From assembly GCA_964475825.1 (NCBI GenBank), contig CAYYXT010000004.1, forward strand, positions 60,958 through 92,957: 32,000 nt of DNA, given 5' to 3'. The position numbers and the translations under genes were made by a program. Numbering within the stretch: the first letter of the stretch is position 1; the number at the start of each line of letters is the position of its first letter. This stretch comes from an uncultured Nitrosopumilaceae archaeon (GTDB taxonomy: Archaea > Thermoproteota > Nitrososphaeria > Nitrososphaerales > Nitrosopumilaceae). The notes under the pieces are model-generated. The model ran no database searches. It saw nothing but the letters and a program-made list of their open reading frames with translations, and was not told the DNA's origin. Positions 28,618 to 32,000 of this stretch are shown one piece after another.

Positions 28618-29499
28618 CTAGAGATATGGTTTGTATTCTTTTATGTATCGTTTTACAAACCATTGGAGAAATATTTTATAATCTGTCTTAACTTCTGACC
28701 TTTCCAGTGCATTATAGTAACTATTTCTTCCTTCATATGGAATATCAAATAAAGGATATTTTTTTCTGTTCAATACAAAGTTCATGACAATTCTTGTGAT
28801 TCTACCATTTCCATCACCAAATGGATGTATTGTTACAAGTTTTAGATGAACCAATGCAGCAAGCTCAACGGAATAAAGTTTATCATTGTTCTTTTTGTAC
28901 CATTGAAAAAACTCAGTCAGCATAGGAGATACCTCAACAGGAGAAGGGGGCATGAATTTGCTTCCACCTATTCCTACTTGATATTTTCTTATCTTTCCAG
29001 CTATGTCAGGTTTTGTTTTATTGAATAGCTTCCAGTGCCAATCAAGTACTACTTGCAGTGTCAGTTCTTTTTTGAATTTTAGTACCTCATAGAACAAGTC
29101 TCTATGTGCTTGTGCTTCTTGCACATCTCTCATTGGTTTACTTTTTGGTGCAATTCCTTTTTCCAGAAGATCAGCAGTCTCTCTTCTGGTTAGAGTAGAA
29201 CCTTCAATTCTCTGAGTATCATATGTGAATCTTGTGGCAAAATTTTGTAGTTCCTTTTCTTTGATAGATTTTGGTAGATTCCTCTGTTCTTTAGAGAAAT
29301 TTTTCTTGATTTTATCTACATCTACATACCATTTTTCTTGGTATAATTCATCAACAAAGTCTTTCTTGATTTTTTCAATGTCAGAAGGAATCTTTTTTCC
29401 AAGGTACTTTTCCTTCTTCTGAACTTTCTTGCCTTCTCGCATACTGTGCTCAAGATAGTAGTAGGTCTTGCCCTTGAGAAGTTTTTTCTTTATTCTCAT
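28618..29499 (-). CDS. fic: Fic-family protein (Fido domain, AMPylase-type) with an intramolecular N-terminal inhibitory motif (class II)
   Basis: Canonical Fic motif HPFGDGNGRITR (nt 28792-28827) and inhibitory-helix motif TQRIEG = (S/T)xxxE(G/N) (nt 29200-29217). Confidence 0.9.
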   Translation of the reverse strand: MRIKKKLLKGKTYYYLEHSMREGKKVQKKEKYLGKKIPSDIEKIKKDFVDELYQEKWYVDVDKIKKNFSKEQRNLPKSIKEKELQNFATRFTYDTQRIEGSTLTRRETADLLEKGIAPKSKPMRDVQEAQAHRDLFYEVLKFKKELTLQVVLDWHWKLFNKTKPDIAGKIRKYQVGIGGSKFMPPSPVEVSPMLTEFFQWYKKNNDKLYSVELAALVHLKLVTIHPFGDGNGRITRIVMNFVLNRKKYPLFDIPYEGRNSYYNALERSEVKTDYKIFLQWFVKRYIKEYKPYL

Positions 29500-29507
29500 A
29501 ATATTAG

Positions 29508-29559
29508 TTACCCCTACATATTTATATAATTTTCATTTTCTGTAAAAATGTAGGGGTAA
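29508..29559. promoter_or_regulatory. perfect 12-bp inverted repeat (TTACCCCTACAT ... ATGTAGGGGTAA) with a 28-nt spacer containing a TATA-like box, immediately upstream of the fic start
   Basis: Arms at 29508-29519 and 29548-29559. The spacer ATTTATATAATTTTCATTTTCTGTAAAA has TATA-like TTTATATAA at 29521-29529, about 22-30 nt from the fic ATG (29499). Confidence 0.6.
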
Positions 29560-29706
29560 AAGGAAAACGAAGATAACGGAAATGTCGCATATCATCTTCA
29601 AAATACAATCCTATTTCGTAAAAAATGCGAAACAAGATACACGTAGGTGTATGAAAAAAGACTAGTTACAAGAATCTATTTTAGATCATTATAGAAGTAA
29701 TGAGGA

Positions 29707-29756
29707 CAAGTTGTATTACAATTCTCGAGCAAGATTTACAAAATTAGTTTAATACT
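29707..29756. repeat. direct repeat copy B flanking the Fic gene
   Basis: The core 29720-29756, AATTCTCGAGCAAGATTTACAAAATTAGTTTAATACT, matches copy A at 32/37 positions. Confidence 0.8.
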
Positions 29757-29826
29757 CTCAAAGATAAGCATACTTCGTTGCATATTGTTTTAATACAATA
29801 ATGACGTATTTAATCCAGATATAGCC

Positions 29827-30063
29827 ATGTTAGAGAAACAATTCAATCCAGATTTATTGTATAATAGAATTGTCCATTATTACATAGATAAAAAAGGATA
29901 TTCAAAAGACAAGGCAAATTCAATTGCACAAGCAGTAGTAAAAAGAGAGGCGCAAAGAAGAATATGTAAAAATGAAAAGTGCAAGCATTTCTCACATGAT
30001 CATATTAGAAATTCTGAAACATGTTTGGTTTTAGATTGTGATTGTGGAAAATTTTCAAATTAG
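29827..30063 (+). CDS. hypothetical small protein (78 aa) with a C-terminal Cys/His cluster (putative Zn-binding)
   Basis: CKNEKCKHFSHDH...CLVLDCDCG. Its 3' end overlaps the convergent MBL gene stop by 4 nt. Confidence 0.45.
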   Translation: MLEKQFNPDLLYNRIVHYYIDKKGYSKDKANSIAQAVVKREAQRRICKNEKCKHFSHDHIRNSETCLVLDCDCGKFSN

Positions 30064-31046
30064 ATAAAATCATCCAGAGAATTTTCACGTAATGATTGTG
30101 CATTAATTCCAATTTTCCTTAAGTGTTCAGCAAATTCCTCAACAAATCCATGAATGGTATAAACCTGTTCTGCCCCTGAACGTACCACCATATCTACTAG
30201 CTCATTAAAATCACAATGATCACTCATCGGAATTGAATAATCAGATCGTCTTCCGAATGCAAATCGAGTCGATTGCGCCCAACCACTAAAACCAATAGTT
30301 ACAGCACCGTATTTTGATTTCATGTCTTTGAGAAATTGATTCTTTTCAGACATCATTGGTGCTACCATTACCCAGGGTTTTTTGGATAATAGCCCATTTT
30401 TTTCTGCTTCAGAATGACCAATTCCATCATTTAGAGAGACGCCAAGTCGCTGGTGAAGTGTATTCATTTGTTTTACAGAATCATGAAAGTAAAGAGGACC
30501 CCAATGTCCAAAGAGTTGGGTAATGGTTTGAGCTTTTCCTAGCTGATATCCCAATAATATGACAGGAACGCCTTTTCCATAAAGTTCTGAAATTAATTCA
30601 TTTACTTGTTTTTGTATTTCTTCTAATTTTGGAAAGACAAATTCAGGCAAACCAAACGTACACTCTGTGATCAGTGTTTTGCATTTTGGAATAATTGCAC
30701 CTTTTAGAAACCCGCGGTTTCTTGTACAAATATCTCCAGTATAGAAAATATCATCAAAAAGTAAACCCTTTGCGCCTAAAATATGACCACTGTCAATTAA
30801 TGAAAAATCATCAATACTTTGAACATGATTTTCCATCTTAAAACCTCTAAGATTGGCAATCTCACTAGTCTCAATTGATGAAAGTATGGTACCACCATTT
30901 TTTGATGGGAGATGATCAGAGTGTGCATGGGATACAAAATTCACTCCAGTTGAATCGGTATTTTTTGGATCCAAGTATACCCTTCTCCCATTAATCTCAC
31001 ATAGAATACCATTTTTTGTCATTCTAACAGGACGAGGCAATGTCAA
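30060..31046 (-). CDS. metallo-beta-lactamase-fold hydrolase, beta-CASP-like putative nuclease (RNA-processing / ligase-associated exonuclease type)
   Basis: 328 aa. HxHxDH motif (VSHAHSDHL), downstream Asp/His motifs (GDICT.., TECTFG, YTIHG), and a size typical of short COG1236-type enzymes. Confidence 0.75.
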   Translation of the reverse strand: MTLPRPVRMTKNGILCEINGRRVYLDPKNTDSTGVNFVSHAHSDHLPSKNGGTILSSIETSEIANLRGFKMENHVQSIDDFSLIDSGHILGAKGLLFDDIFYTGDICTRNRGFLKGAIIPKCKTLITECTFGLPEFVFPKLEEIQKQVNELISELYGKGVPVILLGYQLGKAQTITQLFGHWGPLYFHDSVKQMNTLHQRLGVSLNDGIGHSEAEKNGLLSKKPWVMVAPMMSEKNQFLKDMKSKYGAVTIGFSGWAQSTRFAFGRRSDYSIPMSDHCDFNELVDMVVRSGAEQVYTIHGFVEEFAEHLRKIGINAQSLRENSLDDFI

Positions 31047-31098
31047 ACAAAATAATTAGATTTGATATAAATTGCAGGTTTGATCTACTATTGACTAG

Positions 31099-31716
31099 TT
31101 GCTAAATCTAGGAATTTTAATTTCAGGCCGTGGGAGCAACATGGAATCTATTTTAAAATCAATTAAACGTAAAAAAATTCCCATAAATCCAGCTGTCGTC
31201 ATATCAAACAAACCAGATGCCAAAGGCTTGAAGATTGCACAAAGATTAGGCATCAAAACAGAAGTAATTGAAAGTAAAGATTTCAAAGGAAGCAGATTGG
31301 AATACGACAAAAAAATAATATCAGTACTAGAAAAATATGGAGTCACACCAAAAAATGGACTGGTATGTTTAGCAGGATTTATGAGAATAATTAGTCCCGA
31401 ATTTGTTAAAAAATACAAAAATAGAATTATCAATATTCACCCAGCTTTACTTCCAGCTTTTCCAGGACTTGATGCCCAAAAACAGGCAATAGATTACGGT
31501 TCAAAATATTCAGGATGCACAGTACATTTTGTAGATTCAGGTGTGGATACAGGACCAATAATTTTGCAATCAATAATCAAAATAAGAAAAGGCGACACAG
31601 AAAGAACATTATCCAAACGTATTTTGACAAAAGAACATCAGGCGTATCCTGAAGCTATCAGGTTATTTGCAGAAAAGAAAATAAAAATTTCAGGCAGAAA
31701 AACAATAATTAGCTAA
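31099..31716 (+). CDS. purN: phosphoribosylglycinamide formyltransferase
   Basis: 205 aa, TTG start. ILISGRGSN, LAGFMRI, INIHPALLPAFPG, and GCTVHFVDSGVDTGPII (the catalytic Asn/His/Asp context). Confidence 0.9.
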   Translation: MLNLGILISGRGSNMESILKSIKRKKIPINPAVVISNKPDAKGLKIAQRLGIKTEVIESKDFKGSRLEYDKKIISVLEKYGVTPKNGLVCLAGFMRIISPEFVKKYKNRIINIHPALLPAFPGLDAQKQAIDYGSKYSGCTVHFVDSGVDTGPIILQSIIKIRKGDTERTLSKRILTKEHQAYPEAIRLFAEKKIKISGRKTIIS

Positions 31717-32000
31717 GAATCCGGTCCGCCAAAAAAATACAATACAGTTAGTTCTTTTGAATTTCCATGGAAAAAATGCTCCATTTTTTTTCCTACAAAA
31801 TACATTTTATTTTCAGAGATAGGATAATCAGTGTCGTTGATTTTTAAAAAACCGTCACCCTTGAGAATGAAATATACTTCATCACTATCGTGAGGTTCTT
31901 GTGTATCTTCCTCTCCAGGTTGCAATACTAACACACCGGCAGCCAGATTTTCATTATTGATAAAAGTGTGAAAATAACTGCTACTTTTTTTTATTTTTTC
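31713..32000 (-). CDS. cupin-domain protein; the 5' end lies beyond the window end
   Basis: The frame is open from 32000 down to the stop at 31713 (96 codons). The cupin motif region is GVLVLQPGEEDTQEPHDSDEVYFILKG...ENKMYFVGKKMEHFF. 4-nt overlap with the convergent purN stop. Confidence 0.65.
   Translation of the reverse strand, partial: EKIKKSSSYFHTFINNENLAAGVLVLQPGEEDTQEPHDSDEVYFILKGDGFLKINDTDYPISENKMYFVGKKMEHFFHGNSKELTVLYFFGGPDS

Noticed and set aside
31095-31433. 112-aa minus-strand ORF
   Set aside because: It is antisense to purN, which has clear catalytic motifs. The translation is hydrophobic and low-complexity.
1-32000. Scan for CRISPR arrays, rRNA/tRNA genes, transposases, integrases and long terminal inverted repeats
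   Set aside because: None was found. There are no periodic repeat-spacer structures, no GC-rich structured-RNA islands in intergenic regions, and no ORF with DDE, tyrosine or serine recombinase motifs.

Overview
AT-rich (roughly two-thirds A+T by eye), densely coding archaeal chromosome segment. The gene content points to a marine ammonia-oxidising thaumarchaeon (Nitrosopumilus-like): a CdvC/Vps4 cell-division ATPase, a membrane-anchored plastocyanin-like cupredoxin, a short Fe-type alcohol dehydrogenase of the kind used in the 3HP/4HB cycle, an F420/LLM oxidoreductase and a bacterial-type uvrB-uvrA-uvrC operon. Most of the window is housekeeping: carA/carB, citrate synthase, purN, glycerate 2-kinase, RidA, a DHH phosphoesterase, TrmB- and Lrp-type regulators, and an orphan A-ATPase subunit F. 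I found no tRNA, rRNA, CRISPR array, transposase or integrase. Four things deserve a second look. (1) carB is broken by a 21-bp in-frame insertion carrying a TAA stop, placed inside the conserved GEAGE|FDYSG motif, and both carA and carB lack canonical start codons where homology says translation should begin. (2) Two uncharacterised helical proteins are translationally coupled upstream of cdvC, and one has an ESCRT-III-like look. (3) A low-coding-density accessory islet at about 27.6-30.1 kb carries a RelE/antitoxin pair and a class-II Fic AMPylase bracketed by imperfect direct repeats of about 50 bp. It also has operator-like repeats at both promoters. (4) The UvrC lacks the C-terminal (HhH)2 domain. 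All functional calls come from reading motifs in the translations. No database search was run.
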